Below are positions 53,001 through 64,000 of a DNA stretch of 64,000 bases, piece after piece. This DNA comes from Basidiobolus meristosporus CBS 931.73 (Eukaryota; Fungi; Basidiobolomycota): assembly GCA_002104905.1 (NCBI GenBank), contig MCFE01000297.1:1-64000 (forward strand). The letters run 5' to 3'. Below the pieces are notes generated by a model. The model saw only the letters and a program-made list of their open reading frames with translations, did not search any database and was not told the DNA's origin. The stretch's first letter is position 1; each line of letters begins with the position of its first letter. The position numbers were made by a program, and so were the translations under genes.

Positions 53001-54149
53001 GTGCAATACTTCATTGCGGTCGAGTGTGAAGTAGTTTCTAATGAGCTAGAAAGGTTGTGAGATATAGAGCTACATCTTGCTGATATTAAGCCACTGTATG
53101 CTTTATTTTTGGAGGAGATCCATTGCTATGTTTTTCTTGAGGATGAAGTTACACAGAATGCATGAGTGCAAGCAACAGCTGAAGGCATTGTTGCAATTGG
53201 AGAAGTGCATTAGATATAAAATACCTCTCAAAAAAGTAATAATTGCTAGAATCCTGTTTATTTTCTTGAATCTAAGTAATTATTTCATTGTAGAAATATT
53301 AAATTTATAACACCAAACTGAGGGGGCATTTCTGTATTCAAGAGCTTTCAGTAACAGCTTCATGGCTAGTACTTTATGTTTAGCAATAGTACCAATTTAA
53401 TCTTGCCTATTGGAAAATAGTCATCAGATAATAGATCAGAAGCAAGGTGGCAAAGTTAAGGCTGTAAAGGCATCCTACAATGACTAAGACTAGTCCTGAA
53501 TTGCTGAGTAGATTTTTAGTTGCTGAATGATACCAAATAGTCATTGTTCCAACACATATGTATTTGTAAGTCAGTACCTACAGGAGTTGAGGTCTATCCT
53601 ATAAGGTCATTGGTGTGTAACAACAAGTATTTGCAGTTTGCTGATTCACTGGCACTATTTGGCAAGCATGTCAAGAGCTTTAATCAGGACCAAGCAAAAT
53701 CTTGCTGAAGCAAATTTGTGATTCAGAACTTACTAAGTCCTGATATTGATGGCTGTGTTTAATAACTGACCATCACTCTGTCTATTGGAGAGTTGCAATA
53801 AAATATTTTTTGTAATCAATGTGTAAGTGACAACTATCTCCAATTACTTGATAGTTCAGCTTAAGGAGCTATGAACAAATAGCAAGCAGCCAATCTTTAG
53901 CAAGTTCAGCATGATATTTTCCCTAAGAAAAAAAATTGACTAAAGGCCAGCAAAATACCATCATAGTGTCAGCTGAATTCCAAGTGTCTCTAAATTGACA
54001 ACTCTCAAAATCTCTGTTCTGAGCAGATGGGCAGGCAAGTAAACAAGTTGTCCAGGAGGAGAGTAGGCAAACTAGCATCCATACCAAATTTAGTATTTAG
54101 CTGCTCATTATTTTCATCAAAAATTGCATTTGAAATTTTGAACCCAAAA

Positions 54150-54252
54150 CACCAGCTGAATACCAGCAGAATTCCATCAGAATTCCATCAGAATACCAGC
54201 AAAATACCAGCTAAAAATTAGATGAATTCAAAGTTTGAGATTTTTCATAGGG
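54150..54252 (+). mobile_element. CMC-type right terminus with subterminal tandem repeats
   Basis: Repeated AATACCAGC / AATTCCATCAG units followed by TTTTTCATAGGG, the reverse complement of CCCTATGAAAAA. Confidence 0.5.
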
Positions 54253-54304
54253 TTTTGTGCTCATTGATTCCCTTTCATCTTGGTCTCTAGCAAGTGTTGC
54301 AGGA

Positions 54305-54420
54305 TCTTGTACCCCATCTGCCAGTCCAAGCATCATGTACTTGTGACATTAGAGTATTGTCTTAAGTAGTGCCCTTCAAGAAGTGTCAAACCACTTGGCT
54401 TGCACAATGCTGCACTAAGA
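54305..54420 (+). mobile_element. Possible LINE C-terminal zinc-finger remnant
   Basis: (C)PICQSKHHVLVTLEYCLK*CP resembles Cx2C..ET.EH...CP. Confidence 0.25.
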
Positions 54421-54779
54421 TTCCACTTCAAGTACTATTGTAAACCTGTGGCTCCTTGCATTGCTACTAAGGTCATTAGTAGCAGTTCCACTTAGTATAC
54501 TATGGCAGATGTGATGGATGTGGTAGTAAAGAATACCTTTCCCAGTAAGCTAATCTTTTCTTTAGAATTGCATCTCTAACTTTTGTGCAAACAGATTTCA
54601 GCATAGAGCTAACTCCTCTTAAGTATTTTGGGATTTGCACATTTTTTATTAATATACTACCTTTATTACTAGTGAAAGCTACTGCATATGCTTTGGATTT
54701 GTTTGATGCCAGTTTGACAAAATGTTTCTTTCTTTTACCTGATCCCTTTTAGAGCAAGGACCCTAACTGCTGCTAAGAC

Positions 54780-55250
54780 TGTGAGCTTCATTTATTGATT
54801 CCATCTGGAACCTTCAACCACCTTTCAGAAAGTTCCTGACCATTCTAAACCATTGTTACACAATGGAACATTCCACAGAAGCTTCTCATTTTATTTTTCA
54901 TAGTCCAGCACCATATATGGAAATACCAGGTCACATGACTTAGTCACACAATCAGGTGACCCAATCCATTTCCCCATCCTGTCTCAGTGCCTTGCCTTCT
55001 ATATTATTATCCCCAGCACTGCTGCTGTGCCTCACCCCACAACCCCATTAGTATTAGCTAATATCTCTTGGGATCAGTATAGCCAAAAAGTATATATAGT
55101 CCTATCCCCCCTTAAGTATTCCTCAGTCTGATAAACACAGGTCTTGATTAAACAGCCTTGTCTTGAATCCTGTCTTGCCTTGATGGTCCACACCCAAGTC
55201 CTTTCCTGCCGTGCCTAGCTTTTCCTCCTGCCTTGTGTCTATTCATAACA
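54780..55250 (+). repeat. LTR family E, 5'-truncated copy
   Basis: Homologous to 57144-57674; ends CTATTCATAACA. Confidence 0.75.
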
Positions 55251-55499
55251 CAGGCTATACATGTAACTACTGGTTTCTTGCTTAGACACTACTGATTCTG
55301 GGAATTTGCTAATTTCAACTATGCCTGGTATAACTTCTTGCACCCCAATACTAGCCCAAAAAGAGGTTGAATGTTGAATCATAGGCAAAAGAGTAAAAGA
55401 TCTACACATTCAGCCAATTTTCTCCAAAATCATCATAACTCTTTTAGCATGCTCCATACTAACTGGAATATCTTTTCACTGCATTCTTTATTTTGGTAG

Positions 55500-56400
55500 T
55501 ACTAAAGAGCTCTTTGGCAAGTGTGGCAGCTTAATTAAAGGCTTAGGACTCCAATACCCACTGTACTAGGTTGGCTCTTCATTTGCTAACAAACCTTGTT
55601 ACACATTCTTTTGTTGCATTCTCCATTATGGTAAGAAAACGGTAGTGCATAGTATGATAGCTTCAAGATTCCTTATATTCAAGCCTTTATCTATTGCTTT
55701 TAACTGGGAATGGAAGCTTCTGGGACTTCTGTTGTCAAGGATGGTTGTATATGTGCTTGCAAGGCAATAGTTAATGTAGCAGTAGAGAAGTTTGTGGGCA
55801 TTGTTGTCTTCCTTGAGTACAAATAGCTTGCTTTGGACTGATTTGTTGACTTACAGCAGATTTAGAGCCCATTTTATTCCTGAAATACCAAGTTTTGTGC
55901 CAGAGAGTACCATAGGCTGCTTGGTAGCTAATTCCAGAGGGTTTCTACTGATCTGAACTATTAAAGCTGCTTTTATCTTTTTGGAACATAGCTGTAGGGT
56001 AGAAATGGAGCTTTGGCAGAAGCAAGATTCACCTTAAAAGTGTGTTCAATTATCCTTAATTTCTTAATAGTTATTTTCAGCATTAGGCTTGATTTGCAGG
56101 GCTAACCAATCTTTTTAGTGTCTTCAGAGTCAATCAATAGCATCTGGCTGAGTCTTGCACCATTATTTCTGGCTACATAGAGGGCAGGCACCAGGACTTT
56201 TGTATTGAATTTTATCCTCTGAAGTATACTACAATATCTGACATATCCTGTTGAGATTTCATGCCCCTTATGAGATTCCAGGACTGTGTACATCTTACCT
56301 GAGGCTTCATGCAAAGTCTCTGTTGTGCCAGATAGTCCAAATACAGCCAACATTGGTTTTGGCTCCATCTGAATATTCCCCCAATTTGAAGTGGTAATGT
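55500..56400 (-). mobile_element. Possible LINE RNase H remnant
   Basis: YSDGAK..VG, IDS and WV....A.LAKE-like motifs on the minus strand, but with atypical spacing. Confidence 0.25.
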
Positions 56401-56609
56401 CTTCCCATTTTTTCTACTTTTTTGTTTGCTACTGATGGCCCAGGGGAAACTTTCTTTTGTGAGAAGATTTAGGACTCTCTTGTAGGTGGGATCATGGTGG
56501 GTTTGAGTGCCAAAGTCCTCATGACATTATTGGCCTGGAATATTTGACTATTTGCAAGTGCTATATTCAAAATGGGCATCCATTTAGTTCAAAGCCATCA
56601 CAGAATCAC

Positions 56610-59110
56610 TAAAATCAGTTTGAGCAAGGTGACCAGTGCTGCTGGATGTGATTATAAATCTATCAAGTGGCCAGCAAGATATTGTGGGTACATTGGTGAC
56701 TGATCAGTGCTCAAACATGACTTGTGCAGCAAAACACTGGCTATGATACTGATAATACTCCTTTGCTATCTGTATGCTTTGTGGCTCAAAAGCTTGCGCC
56801 TATATTGGCATGGGCTTTTTTCTCTTAACTCAAGGCATTGAGCTGAGTAATCTGGTCCGTGGGGCAAATAGCTTGACACTCAACAACATCAAACTTTTAA
56901 ATCACACTTTTTCAATACTAATGCAAGCTAAAGACAGTCTTTATTGAGGACATTGCACCTACATGTATGTAACATTCAATCATACCCTGCCCTAGTAAAC
57001 ATTATAACAAAGTGATGGCACCACATACATATGCATATGCAGCAGGTAAACAACTTGGTACTTAACAACTTAATGCTACTATGTCACTTTGCTACCAATG
57101 CTCATGTAATTCTAAGACAGCTGTGTAGTAGAGATGTTGCACCTGTCATGATCACATGACATCTTTGGTCTCTGATTATCTAGACAAATCAAGTCAGTGA
57201 AGAATTCCCAGCTCCTTCCAGAAAGTTCTACTACATTCTAGCAACTTCTTGAAAGCTCCAAGTCAACTTTGCGCAATGGAACATTCTATGGAAGCTTCCC
57301 AATAGAATTTGTGCAGTCAGATGCCATATTTGGTGACTGCATGTCACATGATCAGCTGACCCCTGACATTTCTCCATGTGATAATCCAGTCTGTTCTTTA
57401 GTATGTTCTATCTTGACACACTTACTGAGCCTCACCCCAGAACCCCATCAGTATTAGCCAATATCTCTTGGCATCATATTGACAAAAAGTATATATAGTC
57501 TTATCCCCCCTTATGTATTACTCAGTCTAATAAACTCAGGTCTTGATTAAACAGCCTTGCCTTGGAGATCCACCTTGCCTTGAATCCTGTCTTGCCTTGT
57601 TGATCCACACCTAAGTCCTTTCCTGGTCCTGCCTTGCCTAGCTCTACTGTCCTGCCTTGTATCTATTCTAAACAGCACCCACATAAATGGCAGATTCAAT
57701 GATGATGCACCCTAGTAATCATTACAAATGATGTTGTGGCAACATTTAAAGATGTATATTTAACACTATTTTTCCATTACTGTAACTCACTTCCATACAT
57801 ATGCTTCCACACAATAAAGTAACATTGCCTGGTTACTAACCAAGCCCTACCACCAACAGCTGTCAAAGTATATGTGGACACAGCTTGCCCTGCCATTCAG
57901 TGCAATCAGCAGGGCTACAGCCAGTAAAGGCTAAGTTGGCAGTATGCCCACCAAAGGTAATGATGTGGAATCCTCAGGCTTTCAATCAAGTGGGCTGTTG
58001 CAAGTCTTTGCAAAGCTGGAAGCTAACCTCAGTCACCAGGCTGATGAGAATGCAGCAAATACTGTACCACTGGTGGAAGATTAACAAATGGCCATTGTAG
58101 CATAACCACCACCAGTTTGGCAAGTATGTTGTCAGCTATTAGCAAATCATTATTAATGTGATTGGGTGCAGTGGCTAATAAAATAAACACAATGGCCTAG
58201 GGAAGTCACAATGTTTCCAAGAGGCAGGATGAGCTGGTTATTTGTGCAGAGCACTCAAAATCACAGGTGAAGAATGCAGTAGTTTTGCTGAAAAAATAGA
58301 ATGCAAGCAGCTCAATGTCAAAACCATGAACTGAGCCATTTGCCAATAAAACAGCAGAGGAACATCATTAAAACTTTGAAGCACAAAACCATTACCCAAA
58401 GTTAATGCCTAAAGAAAAAGCTATCACAGTATTGTAGGGAGAAAAAGTAGTATTTACACCGAAGCCTAAAAATCAAAAGAGAGTGAAGATCTGTGACACT
58501 GTTGGGTGCAATGATGACAAGTGGGCTAATATTAAGGAGACTTTCAGAAGTCTAGTATGCAGTGCCTCCAGAATGGAATACCATTGGACTATTGAACACT
58601 TAATTCCAAGCAGAATGTGCTAGATCTGCTCCATGTTCATCAGCCTGGATTTTGATGAGAAAATAGATTTTGAGCTTGCATTAATATGTTGATAAAGTAT
58701 CCTAAGAATAGCAGAAGCTATCAAAGGCAGAAGAACAAGGGTGCCATAGCTAAAAGCCAGTAGCTTCCTCAATTACCTGAAAGCATAGTTTAACAAAAGA
58801 GGCATACTGACAAAGTATCAGTGATAGAACTAGTAGCAATCAAGGAAAAGCCAAAGGGAACAGAGCAGTCCTAAACCACACACAGAGAGGCAAAGGAAAA
58901 ATGCTGCTGTTTTCACTAATCAGCACCATAGGCCCAAAACAGCCTAAATCTGCAATAGCCAAGAGGAACAACCAACCAGACAATAGCTATTTTCATAGGA
59001 GTTGGAGCTGCAGCCACTTGAGCTGCATTCTAGTGGGGCAGATGCATTTGCAGGCAAAGACAATAGGTGTACTACAGCCCGTACACCTTATATAGTAAAC
59101 AGAGTGGAGA
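56610..59110 (+). mobile_element. CMC ORF2-side copy (diverged, interrupted by LTR E)
   Basis: Colinear homology with 18610-19050 and 19500-20720. Confidence 0.7.
57144..57674 (+). repeat. Solo LTR, family E (531 bp), TSD GCACC
   Basis: TGTCATGATC...TCTAAACA; GCACC at 57139-43 and 57675-79. Confidence 0.9.
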
Positions 59111-60054
59111 TCCCACATACAGCCAACAAATTTATGAGAAATAATTCTAATGATCCCATCAAAAGGACATCACAATATTAAGATCTGCTGACTAAGGGAT
59201 ATTGATTCCTCAAGGACACTGTGAAAAGATCACAAAAAGTATTGTACTCCAGATTTTGCACAAACTTGGTCAAGATTTTTCATCATATCTATACATAAGT
59301 GATTTTTGATTTGTTCTCCACCAAATCTCTCACTGTATGATCTCAGACACTCAAGCACCTCCTATGTTTGTCTGCATTTATTGGCTATTGCCTATTTTTC
59401 ACACTCCTTACTTCTTGACTCAACTGTTTCTCTTACTTCTCATGCATACAAACTGATTTATTTTAGTTGAAAGTTCAGTTGTACCACAATTACCAATTGT
59501 ATTGACCTATACAAGTCCCTATATCCTACACTGACATTAAGTCCAACCATACACTCAACAAGTAAATTCATCAAGATCCACCACTCAATAAGTATTAGTA
59601 CTGTAACACTCTGTTTCCATGATATTGGTGGGAACCCTATGGCTTTGTGCTGCTTATCATTCCCTGGTTCCCATATGTCCTGATCTTCAGCTAGTAATGC
59701 AAGGTATAGCACCTCATCTGTGAGTCTTTGCAGTAAATCCTTGCAACATTGAAGTGGATCTCATGATCACTGTTCTTGAAGATGTACTGCAACCTCTTGG
59801 TATGCCTATTAATGTTTCAAAATTCTACTGATGGTGTAGTGATGACCTCTTGTACTTCACATTATTACTTTATATGTCAGTGGGTTCTTCACCTTGTTAG
59901 CCATGACAGATATCAAGGTTGTGGTAGACAAATTGCCTTTCTCTGCAAACTCATATATCTCTCTGGAGTGTAGCTCCACTGGCTGCACAGCTATATCTTG
60001 TGAAAACAGCTGATTTCTTGTTGGTAGTTTTATTGACTATTCAGTCTGTTCCAG

Positions 60055-61103
60055 TGTGGTGGTGTATAGGTCCAAGGGAGAGATATGCCCAACACATCTC
60101 AAGTATTTTGCGTGTGGGGTGTTCACTGGGTGCAATAACCTTGGGCAAAAGCTTGCTAGGAATACTTGGGTTCTATCTCTAATATAATGTGATGGGGAAT
60201 GAAGCCACAAGCTTGTCAAGGGATAACTATTGAGCTACAATCCCCAACTTAGTTGGTGTCTTAACAAAAGTATGTGCTGGGTTCAGCATCCTTGGAGATG
60301 ACAATGTACCAAAGCTTCCAAAGTCAAAACAACTGTAAACTCCACCAGCAGGGACTTGATAAGAACATGGCTGTGGTCAATAGTTACAAAGACAGAAAAG
60401 TATCTTTGTTTGTGTAAAAACAAACATGAGAAAGAATCAAACATAATAAAAGATACCACTCTGAGTATTCCTCACATGTAGTACCTCCAAGGTCAGTTGG
60501 CTATTAGCATGGTTTACTGGGAGTGTCCTGTGGTCTGGGGCTGAAGGTCAGGTAGCAGCAGGTAGCAGTGATCACACTAATCAACAAGTTGGTATATTGA
60601 CAAAAGGGATGATGATTTATTATTGCGGAATAGCCTCCTTTATATACTTTTCTCACCGGCCAAGTGATTACTAATCATGGTGTTCCAGAAGGTTCTGGAG
60701 ATCAATAGAAAGCTTATTGATATCAGAATGAGCTAAGAGTATTCTAAGTAGGTGCCAGAAGGTTCTAAGATGCACTGCACATCCAACCAATCAGGAATCA
60801 GTATTATGACACCTGTGTAACATAGGGATACCATATATGGTGACACAGGCTGATCATGTGTCACTGGTACTGGTGCAGGTACTTGCCTAATATAGAAGTA
60901 CCTACAGCTAGTAATTTTACATAAAGTGAGGGATAACTTATGCAATAAGGTAAGCAGGTGTGATGGTTAATTGGCTTGTGGGATAGTACTGATCAGGTAA
61001 GACATAGGGGATAAAACTAAAATCAGAGTAGTAGAGATAAAGGGAAGTAGAAAATACGGGAATGAGCACATCTGTCAGTGGGTGTCACTGTGACCCCACT
61101 ACA
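60055..61103 (-). repeat. Solo LTR, family A; 4-bp TSD CCAG/CTGG (ancestral CCGG)
   Basis: TGTGGTGGTG...CCCCACTACA; empty site gtctgtt-ctgg-gctga at about 22567 in the paralogous CMC copy. Confidence 0.93.
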
Positions 61104-61665
61104 CTGGGCTTATAGCACTGACTGGTAAGAACTGCAGATTTTTTCTTATACTTCCCTGTCTCTAGCTTGTGTAGACCTTTTACCCATTACCTTTTCTTAT
61201 ACCTGTCAGGTCTTTAACAGCTGCTTTGTCCAAGTGCTTCTTGTATTGAACTACATTTTCCCCTCATTAAATGCAGCTCTAATTCATCTGTATTGGCCTG
61301 CTTGTCTCTTGCTGGCACTCTGCAGGCAACCTGATACTTCTCTCCCACTTGTTTTGAGCATTCAGCCCAGGCTGTGATGGGCCCCTGAGGTAGCCACTTG
61401 TTTTTATCACTGCCAGGTCCTTTACTACTACTTTGACTGCAAGCCTCTAGAGTAGGTATAGGCTTTCTCCTTGAGAAATGTTGTGCTGGCACATCTGTGT
61501 CTGGCTGTTCTTCCATTATTGTCACTCTTCCAGCTACCTGATGTCTCTTTGATATTTATCTGGAGCTTTTGGCTCTTCTTGTGATGGGCTCTTCAGGAAG
61601 CTGCTGGCTTTTAGTCAATGCACCATTGTTCTTCTGCCTTTGATGGATTATACTCTTCATGCAAT

Positions 61666-62397
61666 AGACCTGTTCCATTGGATAGTGCCACATTGAGCCA
61701 TGAGTGCCGAATGATGCCATAGTGTGCCAGGGAGGCCAAATGAGCCTATACTTGGCCGCAGAGTGTGAAACAGAGCTGAGCATCTTTATGCAAAGCTGCC
61801 CCTGTGTTTCACTCATTGTGTTGGAGAAAATCCATTTTTTGACCTTTTTTTTGAGTCAATGTAGTGCAGGTTGTGTAAGAGCACAGAAGAACTGAAGACA
61901 TGCATCAGGTATGCAATACCCATGGCACTCTGAATCTAACTCCTGTGGCTTGTAGCATGTCACAAAAATGCATGGCACTATCTTGGTCCACTGGTACTTT
62001 CTGGCACTGTAATTGCTTTGTATAGATCTTACTTTAGGGCTAATAATTAAATATAGTGCCAGATAATACCAGTGGACCAAGATAGTGCCATGCATTTTCG
62101 TGACATGCTACAAGCCACCGGAGTTAGATTCAGAGTGCCATGGGTATTGCGTACCTGATGCATGTCTTCAGTTCTTCTGTGCTCCTACACAACCTGCACT
62201 ACATTGACTCAAAAAAAAGGTCAAAAAATGGATTTTCTCCAACACAATGAGTGAAACACAGCGGCAGCTTTGCATGAAGATGCTCAGATCTGTTTCACAC
62301 TCTGTGGCTAAGTATAGGCTCATTTGGCCTCCCTGGCACAGTATGGCATCATTTGGCACTCATGGCTCAATGTGGCACTATCCAACGGAACAAGTCT
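61666..62397. mobile_element. Hairpin/foldback MITE copy 5 (732 bp), TSD AAT
   Basis: AAT at 61663-65 and 62398-400; empty site present in the paralog near 19970-19990 (reverse complement). Confidence 0.95.
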
Positions 62398-62466
62398 AAT
62401 ACTTTCTAGCATACCAATGCTGACCCAATGTGACTTTCTTGTTTGAATCTAGGATGATGGTCATGG

Positions 62467-62991
62467 TGTAATGATCACATGACATCCCTGGTCTCTAATG
62501 ATCATCTAAATCAAGTTGCTGAAGAAATCCTAGTTCCTTCTAGAAAGTTCTACTACATTGTAGCAGCTTCCACAAAGCTCAAGTCAACATAATACTATGA
62601 AATGTTGTATAGAAGCTCCCCTGTGGAATGTATGCAGCCAAATAGCATATATAGAAGTTGCACATCACATGAGCTAGTCACATGATCAGATAACTCCTAA
62701 CATATCCCATGTGATATTCTAGCCTGTTCTGTAGTATATTTCAATCTGGGTACACTTAGTGTGACTCACCTAAGAACCCCATTGGTATTAGCCAATATCT
62801 CTTGGCATCCAAATTGCCAAAAGTATATATAGTTCTACCCTTCCTTATATACTCCTCAGTCTGATAAACACAGGTCTTGCATAAACAGCCTTGCCTTGGA
62901 AATCCACCTTGCCTTGTTGATCCACACCTGAGTCCTCTCCTAGTCCTGCCTTGCCTGGCTCTACTCTCCTGCCTTGTGTCTATTCATAAAA
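62467..62991 (+). repeat. Solo LTR, family E (525 bp), TSD CATGG
   Basis: TGTAATGATC...TTCATAAAA (terminal C mutated); CATGG at 62462-66 and 62992-96. Confidence 0.85.
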
Positions 62992-64000
62992 CATGGAACA
63001 AATTAAGTGCATTCTGCTTGGCCTTGAGCTACTGATGGTCCCATAGTATGCCAGCCATCAGGTGTTGTTATGCTAGACCTCTAATGGCCTCTTGGATGTT
63101 AGCCCACTCTTCATCATTGCACTCAATGCCTTCTCAGATATTCAATGTCTTTTGATATTTAAACTTTGGTATAATCACTACATTTTCTCCCTCCCTTGCT
63201 GTGATAGATTTTTCTGTAGGCTCTATCTTTGGGTACTGTTGTTGTGCTTCAGAAACTGCTCAGTACTCCTTTGCTGTTTTGCTGAGAAATGGCTCAATTC
63301 TTGGCTATGACATTGAGCTCCTTGAGTCCCTTCTCTGCGGCAACAATACTGCTTTCTCTGCATCTGGGACATTGATTGCTCTACAGTTATTATATACTAA
63401 TCCTACTTCTGGACTACTTCCTCATTTTTCTGGGCCATAGCATCAATCCTACCAGCCTCTGCACCTAATTGCCTCATTCATGCTTTGGTATCAGCTGGCA
63501 ACATACTTGCTAATACAGGTGGTGGTGATGTTATGGCAGCCACTTGCTTGTCTTCAACTGCCAAAAATGCTATTGCTATATTCTTGTCTGCCTCAGCAAT
63601 ATAGTTGGCTTGCTGATTTACAAAGATTCTCATTTGCCTACTTTACTGCGGGCCTGAGGAGTCCACATTGTTACCTTCAGAGGGCACACTCTCCACAGGG
63701 CCTTTTTTGGATGTAGCTCTACTTGTTGTACTGAATGCCAAAGCAAGCTGTTGTCCTGCCATTCTTCTGCTGCTGTTAGCAGTGGGGCTTGGTTGGGAAC
63801 CAGACAACTTTGCTTTATTTTTTGGTAGCATGTGTATGGACCTGATACTTCTCTCCCACTTGGTATGGGCTCTCATCCCATGCTGTGATGGGCTCCTGGG
63901 GTAGCTGCTTGTTTCTAGAACTGCCAGATCCTTCACTGCTACTTTGACTAAGTGCTCCTTGAGTACAACTACGCCTTTCCCCTGGTAAATGTTGTGCTGG

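Larger units (their letters stand above)
59131..64000 (-). mobile_element. CMC copy starting at a decayed ORF2-side TIR, ORF2 on minus strand, with three nested insertions; runs off the window
   Basis: TTTATGAGAAATAATT matches 21639; colinear with 21640-23600 once the LTRs and hairpin are removed. Confidence 0.75.

Noticed and set aside
53400-53950. Pogo/Tigger-like transposase remnant (VLILM..)
   Set aside because: Too degenerate; no catalytic motifs or ends could be confirmed.
2400-64000. Neurospora-type RIP as the cause of decay
   Set aside because: CpA/TpG are abundant rather than depleted; diagnostic changes fall at CpG.

Overview
Eukaryotic, most likely fungal (inference from transposon and gene families), repeat-dense window. 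Only about the first 2.8 kb keeps a normal frequency of CpG. It holds a deletion-riddled old-yellow-enzyme (YqjM/NamA-like) pseudogene and a Gly/Asn-rich exon. A decayed alpha/beta-hydrolase follows at 3.6-4.5 kb. The remaining ~59 kb is strongly CpG-depleted nested transposon DNA. It includes a near-complete Ty3/Gypsy element (family A, 1.08-kb LTR, tRNA-Lys PBS) plus several solo or partial A LTRs, two Gypsy family-B elements (tRNA-iMet PBS), one Copia, a third LTR family (E), and seven partial copies of a CACTA/EnSpm (CMC)-type transposon with CCC-starting TIRs and a divergent second ORF. The most striking observations are four. (1) Five copies of a ~730-bp element that is almost entirely one hairpin (~345-bp arms, ~40-bp conserved loop), plus 181/211-bp relatives with the same ends; all complete copies have 3-bp TSDs, mostly AWT. 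(2) The two arms of individual hairpin copies share copy-specific variants, suggesting concerted evolution. (3) Gypsy family A makes 4-bp TSDs that have, or can be reconstructed to have, a central CpG at every scorable site. (4) The OYE gene has decayed by about ten short deletions while keeping its CpGs. No rRNA, tRNA or CRISPR array was seen. All alignments were done by eye, so boundaries marked approximate may be off by tens of bases.
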